Shown: in pieces, positions 1 through 11,377 of the stretch
Position numbering within the stretch: the first letter of the stretch is position 1
Layout: each line of letters starts with the position of its first letter
Assembly (NCBI GenBank): GCA_951406725.2
Contig: OX597829.1
Location: 8,866,001 to 8,930,000, forward strand
Direction: 5' to 3'
Source of the DNA: Octopus vulgaris
Taxonomy: Eukaryota
DNA length: 64,000 nt
The notes under the pieces: model-generated
What the model was told of the DNA's origin: nothing
Databases searched by the model: none
Seen by the model: only the letters and a program-made list of their open reading frames with translations
Program-made: the position numbers and the translations under genes

Positions 1-617
1 TTTCCTTTTCAAGTGGTACTTGAAGAAGTTGATGAGAGATTGACCAGAGAGGAAAGTGTTTGTCTCCAATCCTTTCAGACGCGTCCACCAGATACATTCT
101 TTCGCCATAGCCACAAGGATGATGAAAATAGCTCTTCCTTCCCGTTTGAAGGAAGGAGGCGTGACAATATTGACGATAGACTCAGCTGATAAACCGACTC
201 GTCCCACACGTGACAGCAGTTGTTCGACATAAGCCCACAGGTCGGAAATTGTTGGACACTGCACGAGTGCGTGCAGAACGGTTTCGTCACTCTGACCGCA
301 TCTCGGGCAGGGCGGCCCCGTGTTTCTCGAGCCGTGTCTGTAGAGCTTATCCCGAACGGGTAGCGCTTCTCGGTAGCACTGCCAGGCCAGGGATCTCGGG
401 AAGTTGTCCATGGGCACTGGCCCGAAAGTCGTCCTGAACAGGCGGGTCAGGTACTCCTCGTCGACGTCCAGGTTCGCCCCGAGCTCGTCGTCGTACCTCC
501 CCTCCACTAATCCCCTATAGAATGCTTTGGTTGTGTTGAAGTCACTCAAGGTCGACCCAGGACGGCAGAGTTGCTTGAGAGCAATGCGACACTCGCGGTG
601 CCATTCGCCCTTCCTCG
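1..617 (-). mobile_element. L1/Tx1-clade LINE fragment (copy 1a; C-terminal ORF2 region, continues off the left edge)
   Basis: Near-identical to 5768-6320 and 26576-27190. Minus strand encodes the ...WQCYREALPVRDKLYRH...CPRCGQSDETVLHALVQC region. Confidence 0.9.
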
Positions 618-1114
618 TCAATATTGGTCAATATTGTTATATGTTACCACATTTGTTTGCAAGTGGGTAACCTTCTGTTTTAAATTTCTGGGTTCATAGG
701 ATTATTCTCAAGGGGGCTTCGTCATTCATATGTGCCATCCTTGCTACATTCACCCATCTTTTTTTAAAACATTCGCTAGACAAAACTTGCCTCTCTACTC
801 TCACTTTCCTTTTCAAGTGGTACTTGAAGAAGTTGATGAGAGATTGACCAGAGAGGAAACTGCTTGTCTCCAATCCTTTCAGACGCGTCCATCAGATACA
901 TTCTTTCGCCATAGCCACAAGGATGATGAAAATAGCTCTTCCTTCCCGTTTGAAGGAAGGAGGTGTGACAATATTGACGATTGACTCAGCTGATAAACCG
1001 ACTCGTCCCACACGTGACAGCAGTTGTTCGACATAAGCCCACAGGTTGGAGATTGTTGGACACTGCACGAGTGCGTGCAGAGCGGTTTCGTCGCTCTGAC
1101 CTCATCTCGGGCAG

Positions 1115-1115
<1 letters not shown>
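618..1115 (-). mobile_element. L1/Tx1 LINE fragment (copy 1b; ORF2 end plus part of the 3'UTR) joined to copy 1a
   Basis: 618-1115 matches 5590-6016, and 805-1115 repeats 1-311 with a few substitutions. The 5'-truncated end abuts (GATA)n. Confidence 0.9.
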
Positions 1116-1312
<197 letters not shown>

Positions 1313-3475
1313 TGCGAATGACATTTTAGCAAGAGTATATTAGTTTCATATGGATGTTTATTGGAACGAACGTATTTGTATATATCTGTATGTAGCATCA
1401 CTTTCAATCAGCAGGAAGAACGGACATCAAAGATATAAGTATATCAGAAACGAAATCCTTACGTCACTCACTAGATTGTATATAACAAAATGAATAACAG
1501 AATATAAGTTCAATATTGTCTGATGGTGATAAGAGAATATAACTAACAAGAGCGTGTAGGAAGGCGCCACACAGTCTGTATTTCATATGGCAACCACAAG
1601 GAAGTGGGAAGTGCGCAACGTTTTAGCCTTAGACCTTTTGTGTGATTGTTAAAGATTGTTATATATGTAAGCGTTTTTAGAGAGGAGAGGATGCGTTACA
1701 TTATAGTCTCGCTCTTCTATCAACGAAAGCTAGGATGTAGCGTATTAGTGTGTTATGACCAATTAGTTTGGAATTGGAAAATTAATCTGTCTTTTGGTAT
1801 AAATATTCTAATTTGATGTTTTAGTCTTTACTCTGACTTTAATCTTTGTTTCTTCTCTCATTAAGTAATTAAATCATTTATATTTATAATCATTCATAAT
1901 TAGATTTGTAGAAGATACACCAAGAAGAGATATAAAATAAGCCGTTAAGTCTCTATGTGGTCATTTTATATGCTAGAAATAACAACCGCACCAAACTCAA
2001 AAGTCAACTTAAATACTTGGAAAAATAATTGAAATAATGTATTAACAAATATATAACACGATGTGATGGAGGCTGATATATCTTTGATCACATTTCTATT
2101 TGATCAGGAAAGCCCTGTGACTAAAAAACATTATTCGCCACATCAACGGTTATGAAAGCAACAAAAAGAGGTATTGGAAACGTGTAAATAATCAATAAAA
2201 GTTTCAAAATTATATTTGTCTTTCAAGTTAGGTATATAACCTTGCTAGATTATACACCAATATAGTTTTTTGAGTATGTATACAGTTGGCATGGGTTGGG
2301 GGCTGCTTTTGAATTTTTGTACAAAAGTGTCAGATTATATATATGTGTGCGTGTGTACATTTACATATACATATATACAGACCCTTTCAATACATATTCA
2401 AAAACATTACACATATCTTACGCATTATACAATTAAATGCCAACTTCTGTGTGTGGCTGCACGGGTTTCATGCATAAAGACTCAGGTCTCTGGGAGTGTA
2501 TTCCCACAAATGTCATATATTCGGAATCGGGTTAACCTATAGCCTTTCTAGGATATTTTGGTTCGCTAGCCTGCGATGTTCATTCGGGCCTCCCTATACA
2601 TTTCGTTCTTCAAGCCAACAAAACAAGATGATTTTTAATAATCAAAATGGAAGTGTGGCCAAAGTGGATGAGAGGCAACGACAATAATTAACATTTTTTA
2701 CTTCTTCAACTTTTATACATGTTTCAGCAGTAAAGCACCTTTCGTGTTGTTTTGCGATGAAATTCTTCTGCGTATTCATTTTGATATTCATCAAATCGTT
2801 TCCCTCCAGAAGAATCTATGACATGATGAGATAATCAGTTTCCTTGTATTGAGCCCATAATCGCGGAAGAGAGAGATCTTTTATATCGTGAGAGAGATTT
2901 TCTGTCAAATAGTTTTTAAATGTCAAATTAAAATTCACGAACGGTAAACATTACATATATATTTTTTTTTTTCATTGAAGAGATGTTAGAAAGTATGGTT
3001 GACAAGATTTTTAGAATGTCAAAACAAGATCATTATAGTGAGAAAAATATCAAAAGCTAAAATACTGAAAATCTGTGAATTCCAGCTAAAAAGACAAAAA
3101 AGATCCAGTGGGATTTCGATATGACCTCTTTTAAACCGAGTAAATCACGTAAAATCAGTGGTACTGAGACACCAAAAGATCGAGTCGAATTACCCCTTGC
3201 CAAAATTTCTTATGATAAATTTTAGGATTATTGATGATATCCCATATCTGTTTTTCAGGTGTTACTCTAATCTGAAAGTCCAATAAGCATCTGCAGAAGC
3301 CCGGCAGACTTTAGCAGTGAATGTGTGTTCAAGCCCTTTTTACGCATATATGCATGTACGTATTTATATTCATGTATGTATATATGTATTCATGTATGTA
3401 TATATGTATGATTGTACGCACAAACACGCGCGCGCACACACATACACAAACAAAAATGCATATATATATATAGAT

Positions 3476-3820
3476 GCTCGACTCCGTCGGTCACGAATGA
3501 ACATGGGTGCACTTCAGAGATTCCGCTCCGGGGTACAAGTTTGGGCGGAAAGTCGCCTCACCAGCGAACGCACAACCTAGAGTTGTTTTTATGGAAGACC
3601 AGCAGTCACCCTCTCCAAGCCACCGATGTTATCCAAGCGAGAAGCAATGGCTGATACAGCTTGGCACCAGTGATGTCGCAATTCATGTTTGCCAGCTGAG
3701 TGAAATGGGGCAACGTGAAACAAACTGTCTAGCTCAAGAAACAGAACACACAGGCCGGTCCAGGAATCAAACTCAACAATCGTAAGTTCGACGCTCTAAC
3801 CACTGAACCATGTACTTTCA
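3476..3820 (-). mobile_element. tRNA-derived SINE (family C), degenerate
   Basis: Minus strand starts TGGTTCAGTGGTTAGAGCGTCGAACTTACG...GAGTTTGATTCCTGG (A/B-box-like) followed by a GC-rich body; sits between TA/CA repeats. Confidence 0.55.
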
Positions 3821-3868
3821 CTGCACACACACGCACACAAATACATATATAGACAGAAATATGCATAT

Positions 3869-3913
<45 letters not shown>

Positions 3914-3989
3914 TATAAATAGGTGAATGAATTATCCTATGTTTATCGTCAGCATGGAAAATTCGTTTAACCGAAACCTTTCATTTATT

Positions 3990-4040
<51 letters not shown>

Positions 4041-5155
4041 TATATATACATATATGCCGAAATCTACTGGGCATATTTATGTATGTATATTACTCACATA
4101 TACCTATATTCGTGCCCTTTTATATATGTATATTATACATATATAAGCACACACACACACATACACACGCACACACTCACACACACACATATATGCATAA
4201 ATATGCAAAAATATGTGTGTATATGTTGTGTGTGTATGTATGTGTGTGTGTGTCTCTGTGTGTGTCTCTGTGTGTGTGTGTGTGTGTGTGTGTGTTTGTG
4301 TGTGTGTGCGTGCGTACGTGCGTGTGCATACGTATTGTAATTGTTTATGCGTTTGAAAGTGATTACAACATCGTCGGATATAGAACTCAATACAAAAGGT
4401 GAAACATCGTCATTTTCCTCACGCTGTATGAAATTGTTACAGACACTCATATGACTGCAGCATCACCCAATTGGTTCATTCACGCATTAGCTTGAAAAGG
4501 ATGTCGTTTTAACTTTTAGGAAATGGGGGTGATGATGATGGGGGGTGGGGGTGAGTGGCTTACTGCTTATGGCAGTCGCTAAATGGTTTCGAAGTGTATT
4601 GGGTAGAGGAGAGATATTTTTGTGCGTGTCTGCGCGCGCGCGTGTGTGTACGCATGCGTAAACAAATGTCTGAGACAGGAAGGTTATAGCAAGACGGGTT
4701 AAGAAAACAAATTTAATTCAGGAGTTGATTTCAAGATGTTGATTGGTACGCGTGTATATGTGAGAGCATATGATTCACTTTGTGTGGTGCATATGTATGT
4801 GTGTATTTGTGTGTGAGGGGGTGTGCGTGTATGTGTAAGTCTATGTGTGTATGTGTGTGTGTGTGCTAGTGGATGTCCTCTTTGCGTATAAATATTACGT
4901 ATGAATATTACAGTTGGTCTACATTAGTTACAGGGGCAAAGTTGGAAGGAAAGTTATTAAAAACATGAATAAAGGTAGCAGGTTGGTAATTTAATTTATA
5001 ATTTGTGGCGATAATGTTTATGTGAACATTTCTTAGAAATTAAAAAAAAGGAAGAAAGACAGTAAAAACATGGAAAGATAAATATTTTTTTGTTTATGCT
5101 GTGTCATGAATTAAGAAGTTGAATTAAAAACTGAAGAATTCTGTGGTGTATGTGT

Positions 5156-5270
<115 letters not shown>

Positions 5271-5655
5271 TCTTTCTTTATGAGCCACACAGGGCTGCAC
5301 ACAGACAGGACAGATTACAAAGTAGAGCTTTTCTTTTGGGGGAGAGAAAAAATATAAAGGTTGGGTAGGTTTTCGATCAAAAGGGAACGTAAAACGGAAA
5401 GCAGAAATAAGGGAAAAAAAACAAGAAAGAAAAAAAAAGAAAAAGAAAAAAGGAAGAGAAACAAAAAAGGAAAAAAAACGATCAATAGGGATCGTGTATC
5501 ACAGTGTCATGATGTAAGGTGTAAAGGGGAAGCAGATAAAGTTTATCTGAGGGAAGAAAAGCCTACGGAAAAGACCACGATAACCTCGGTCAATATTCTT
5601 ACATGTTACCACATTTGTTTACAAGTAGGTAACCCTCTGTTTTAAATTTCCGGTT

Positions 5656-8600
5656 TCATGGGGTTATGCTCAAAGTGGCTTCGTCATTCATACGTGCCAT
5701 CCTTAGTACATTCACCCATCTATTTTTTTAAACATTCGCTAGACAAAACTTGCCTCTCTACTCTCACTTTCCTTTTCAAGTGGTACTTGAAGAAGTTGAA
5801 GAGAGATTGACCAGAGAGGAAAGTGTTTGTCTCCAATCATTTCAGACGCGTCCACCAGATACATTCTTTCGCCATAGCCACAAGGATGATGAAAATGGCT
5901 CTTCCTTCCCATTTGAAGGAAGGAGGCGTGACGATCTTAACGATAGACTCGGCTGATAAACCGACTCGTCCCACACGTGACAGCAGTTGTTCGACATAAG
6001 ACCGCATCTTGGGCAGGTCGGCCCAGTGTTTCTCGAGCTGTGTCTGTAGAGCTTATCCCGAACATGTAGCGCTTCTCGGTAGCACTGCCAGGCCAGGGAT
6101 CTCGGGAAGTTGTCCATGGGCACTGGCCCGAAAGTCGTCCTGAACAGGCGGGTCAGGTATTCCTCGTCGACGTCCAGGTTCGCCCCGAGCTCGTCGTCGT
6201 ACCTCCCCTCCACTAATCGCCTATAGAATGCTTTGGATGTGTGGAAGTCACTCAAGGTCAACCCGGGACAGCATAGTTGCTTGAGAGCAACGCAACACTC
6301 GTGGTGCCATTCGCACTCCCTCGGCCTCATTTTGATCCACTACTGCAGTTCTGTCATGGAGACGAGTTGCGGGAAAGCGTGCCTCACAAACGGCGACCAC
6401 AACTGTTCACCGTCGTCTACGTAGAGCCTGAGATGTCGCAGTCTCAGCGCGTGTCTGCGCATCATCAACCACGGCATGCCCAGTCCTCCTTTTAACGGGT
6501 GTTGAAAGCTATTGGATCGCCTGAACATCGGGACGCATCCTTTCCACAAGAAGCGAAAGAGAATGCATTCTAGTTTAGTGATGGTAGGGTCGGGACAAGG
6601 TACGACGGTCAGGCGGTAGTAGATGACGGACGCGATGTACGAATTCGCCACCTCTGCCCGACCTTTTAGGGACAGTTTCCTCTCGGCCCATTGCCTGTAA
6701 GAGTGACCACCCTACTCGTTATCTCGTTCCAGTTCTTCTCCATTTGGAGGTCCGGACCAAACCAGACCCCGAGCAACTCGTCCGGACCGTCGGTTCAGCG
6801 TTCCAAGACGGCGACGCTGGTGGACGGCATGGGCTTGCTTCTCCAGGTGCCGAGTCGCAAGCCCACTGACTTTTCCCGGTTGATTTTCGCTCCTGTCGCC
6901 GCTTCGTAGTTTTTCAGTGTCTCGCCGACCTGCTCGATGTGCTCGTGGCTAGACACTATGACGGTGACGTCGTCCGCGTATGCAGACACGCACGTCCCGC
7001 ATCCCAGTTCTCGCGGGATGCCCCTCAGAGTTGCCGGCTTCCGCAATAATGGCTCGAGAAACAATACGTATAGAAGCGACTTGAGGGGGGCATCCCTGAC
7101 GGACCGAACGTGCGATGTCGAAAGGTCTCGATATATGTCCATTTACGCGAATTACCGAACGTATGCCTCTGTACAAAGCGGCTATCCAGCCGCGGAAGAC
7201 GGGATCAAAACCAGCCGCTCTGAGGACAGCCTCAAAGTATCGATGGTCTACCCTATCGAAATCTTTCGATTGATACAAATTGATCAGCGCCCCACCCATG
7301 CCAGGTTCGTTAACTACTCTGTCTATGACGTAGCGAATCAGTTGAAGGTTGTCATGGATGCTCCGGCCCGGCACGGCGCACGTTTACGCCTTGTCGACCA
7401 GTTTCTCGATGACAAGCGCCAACCTCTTGGCCAAAATTTTCAAGTCTGCATTAAGCAGAGTGATGGGCTTAAAGTTGTCAATTACTTTCCTCATGTTTAG
7501 ATCTTTCTTCAGCAGCGTTACGGCCCCTCGGCTCACAAAACCAAGAATGCTCTCATTTTGCTGCCAGTTGCAGTACACCGCTGCCAAGACGTCTCCAAAC
7601 AAGTCTCCAAACAACTGTAAAGCTCGTAGGGTAGACCATCCAAACCCGGCCATCCAACCCCTCGAGTATTCTGCCATCGCGTCCTGCACTTCCGCCGCCG
7701 TGATGGCACCTTCGCAGCGCCCTGCCTCTCTTGTCGAGAGTCGTGGTAGGCTGTGTAGGCAGGCACTGAAGTCCACCCTACGTTCTTGCCCACCACTCGT
7801 CCCGAACAGTCGGGCAAAATGCTGTTGAAAGGCCTCACACATTTTGCTTGTCTTGAGCAATTCGCGCCCCTGTTCATCTACCAGAGACCGAATGGTGGCT
7901 TTGTTGCCCTGCTGCGCCTCTGCCACCCGGGCTTCTCTCGCGGCTCCAACACCTTCGTTCCTTAGAGCACGCATCCTAGCTCTGACAGCACACCCTTCGT
8001 GTTTGGCGTTGAAGTGTTCATCGAGGGACAACCTCGCCGCCAAAACGTCGGATGCGATGCTGCTTCTTATTGCCTCTTCTAGCTTCTTAACTAGCTCAGC
8101 CTCTACTCTGTTTCTATCTATGGCTAGTGCTTCGCTGTACCTAATCGCTTCCGTTTTTACTGCTCTCTTGAGTGCAAACCACCATTTGTTGTTGATGATG
8201 GCTCCCGTCAAAGCCCTCTTTACTAGTGTGCTAATCCGGTCTCTGAAAACCTGTCTCGATGGGAAAGACGCGTTTAGTTTCCAGTATTCGGGACCCTGCC
8301 TATGTGTCTTACCTAAGTCTAGCGTACATGTCACAAGTTTGTGATCCGTGTAGCTGACTATGTGGAATTGTGGAAATCCTATGTTATCTCTATCCACTGC
8401 CCTACACAGTATCCTATCTAGATACGATCTCGACGACCCGATGCGGTTGCTCTATGTCCACGTTGGTGCATTCGGGTGATCTAGTCGGTACCTGTCAGAC
8501 AGTTGAAAGCGTCTGAGCAGGTCTCTGAGGCATTTGCCTCCCCGTCTATTCCTATCTCTGTCCACGTAGTCTACATGCGTTTCCAAGGTAGCATTCCAAT

Positions 8601-9020
8601 CCCCCACTAAGAGTAAAGAACGAGACGTTCCCAAGAATACTTCTAGACGTCGAAAGAAATCCGCCCAACCTGTTAAGGGCGGTGGTAGACTGATACGAGT
8701 CGAAAAGCGCACACATTGCTGCCGTCGACATCCAGGACGACTAGTCTACCCTCCCGTTCTACGAATATTGTCTTTACTTTGAGATCCAGACTCTTACGAA
8801 AAAGTACCGCGGTGTCACTACCGCCCATTCTTGGCAGACAGGGGGGGAAATAAATGCTGAACTGTCCGCCAAACATGGTCTTTAGGGCCCGCGAATTGTA
8901 GATTCTGGTGTCACTTATGGCTATGATTTCTAACTTATGTGACTTTAAGTCATTTAAGAGGTACCCCTGTTTCCAAGGGGACCCCAAGTCACGCGCATTT
9001 ACACAACCAATCTTGAGCAT
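5656..9020 (-). pseudogene. LINE ORF2 (AP endonuclease + reverse transcriptase + C-terminal CCHC), frameshifted
   Basis: ORF pieces MLKIGCVNARDL (APE start), LLLVGDWNA, TDHKLV, NFKPITLLNADLKILAK, QSKDFDRVDH, SVRQGCP, AYADDVT, CPRCG; ends TLSITP* at 5656. Confidence 0.92.
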
Positions 9021-9064
9021 AATCCTAATGAATTAGAATACAAGCGAAAGGAACAGAGGGTTAC

Positions 9065-10969
9065 TTACTGCTCGAAAGTTTTTGCTTTCTCCTCCTTTGG
9101 TTTGTCCTCGAGGAGATCTCAGTAAAGTTTCCTTGTGAGTTATTTTTGACATTTACCAACCGCACTGGGGAAAATGCCTTTTAGTGTGTGGTGCAGACTT
9201 CTGGAGATATGTAATATTTTGATGTGATCCGGTGGTGTTGTGTATGGGTGATTGTTTGTTTTTAAGTCATCTTCTGTTATGTTTGTTTTTGATTTGATGT
9301 ATTCCATCAAATTTGTGTTTTTAGTGTCTATAGCTGTGAGCATGTTTGCTGTATATATTTTTGTGGTGTTGGTGTGGCTGTTATTTGTGTTGGGTTTCGA
9401 AATGTCTTCGGGAGATGCATTTCCCCCTGCTTTGTTTGTTTTGCATTTGGTTTGGTTGTGTTTCTGCTCTTTTTTTCCTTCCTTTTCTGGCTATTTGCCA
9501 TTCCTCACTGGTTTCATCTTCCGACGAAATTTCTGAAGAATCAGAAGGGGGTAGGGGTATGTTGTAGGCTTCAATGTATGCCTGTATAAGTGGTTGTGTT
9601 GTTGTTTTCGTTGCTGTTGGTTGTTGAGTGTTTGTGTGTGGTAAGTGCAGTATAGGGGATGGGGAATAAGTTTTTGTATATTATTTTTGTTTTTCTGTTC
9701 CTTTGGTTCTTGCTGTTGTTTGTGGTGTTGGTACTTTCTCATGTGTTTTCTCAGGTGTTGTATAATTTTTGGTTGTTGATGGATTAGCTTGGTGTGCTTC
9801 TCTTGTCGTCTTCTGTGTTGATGGTGGTGTGGGTAGTAGTGCTTTATTCTCGTAGTGTTTTGGTTGTGGTAGTGGTTGTTGTTTTTGCTCCTTTTGTGCA
9901 GTGGTTGGACATTTCTTTTTCAAATGTGTTTCACTTCCGCACAAATAGCAACGTGATCGCCTGCCCTCTACCACTACATAGAGTTTGTAGCCTTCTGGCA
10001 GTTCTATAGTGGTGGGTATCTTTTCTCTTGTTTCATCAAATTGAAGGAGGAATTGGATCGATTTTCCCACCCAGTTTTTCTGTTCTAGAACGGCGATTTC
10101 AAGAATGTTTGTCTCCGCCATTTCAAAGCAGATGGCAGAGACTAACCATTGTATTTCGACTTCGGGTGGTACATTTTTTATTTGGACTTTCGTCACCCTC
10201 TGGCCTAAATAGGTTGGTATCATCACCAAGTCGTCTGAATGCAGCTCCAATGAGGAAAATCGTTTTGCTAGATTTTCATTGTGGAAACGTACTTGGACTG
10301 TGTCAAATGTATGTCCTCAACTAACACTCCTTTGAATCCCATGCAGGACGAAGGCATTTTTCAATTTTTTCCTGCGGTGCATTTTCTGGTCGTCATGTTT
10401 TCTTGTTGATGACTTTATAGATTATTGTTTTTTTTGTGTATTTTCCACGATGTGTTGTGGAATGTGAAGATGCAAATTATCTCCTTCTTTGGTGAAGAGT
10501 GCTTTTGTGAGGTTTATTTCTTGTGTGGTGAATTTTACGATTGTCCGTTTCTGTTTTGTCGCATCCGCGAAATTCGTTTTAATTTTGGTGGTGTTAACAG
10601 CAGAGGAGTTAGTTGTAGCAGTTGAAGTCGTGGTAGTGGTGTTGGCGGTGCTGATTTCGTTTTTGTTGTTGTTGGTAGTGATGATGGTGGTGCTGGCATT
10701 CATGTTTGCGTCTGTATTCGTTTTTGAAATCCCTTTCTCTGTCCTTCTTTCATCGACAAGTGGTGTAGGGAGTGGGGGAAATCTAAGTTAATGTCTTTGG
10801 TGGCGGCGATGGTGAATGGTTTTGCGACATTAGTTTTGTTGTTGTTGGTGGTGGTGGTGGTGGTGACAGCGGTGTTCAAGCTGCGAGGTTTAGCAGCTAA
10901 TGGCAGCAATAGTGTTTCGCTACCGTTCCGCATGACTGGCAGGCTAGCCACGTAGTTTCTGGTTTCCAT
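9065..10969 (-). pseudogene. LINE ORF1 (Thr/Asn/Gln-rich, zinc knuckle), frameshifted
   Basis: Pieces 10700-10975, 10422-10703, 9681-10250 (CYLCGSETHLKKKC), 9491-9742 and 9140-9343. The last frame continues through two premature stops to ...KTFEQ* at 9065. Confidence 0.8.
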
Positions 10970-11182
10970 TTTCAAACTGAAAAATGGCTAAAAAGAAAGT
11001 TTTGAAAATATTTGGCCATTTCACCCATACAGGGGCGGAATTCCACGTGAATAATTCTCAGGTTTTTTAGTGAATGAACTTGCACAAAGATTAAAACAAA
11101 ATATTTGACAAGGAGTTTTAAACATGTAAAAGTGGCCAACTTACGTGGAGCCCATTTGACTGGCGACCGTCCATGTTGGGGC

Positions 11183-11193
11183 GATAGATAGCC

Positions 11194-11277
<84 letters not shown>

Positions 11278-11280
11278 GAT

Positions 11281-11376
<96 letters not shown>
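11183..11376 (+). repeat. (GATA)n array shared by the LINE copy 2 5' end and copy 3 3' end
   Basis: Direct reading. Confidence 0.98.

Positions 11377-11377
<1 letters not shown>

Larger units (their letters stand above)
5271..11182 (-). mobile_element. Full-length but decayed L1/Tx1-clade non-LTR retrotransposon (copy 2, about 5.9 kb) inserted in (GATA)n
   Basis: 5'UTR starts GCCCCAACATGGACG (resembles the CAAGATGG motif at L1-type 5' ends). ORF1 has a CCHC knuckle; ORF2 is APE-RT-CCHC; about 385-nt 3'UTR; GATA arrays on both sides. Confidence 0.93.

Noticed and set aside
9061-9070. A-to-I editing of the ORF1 stop at the A:C mismatch in the duplex to give read-through
   Set aside because: A single edit gives another stop, ORF2 is out of frame without splicing, and the mismatch is not conserved across copies.
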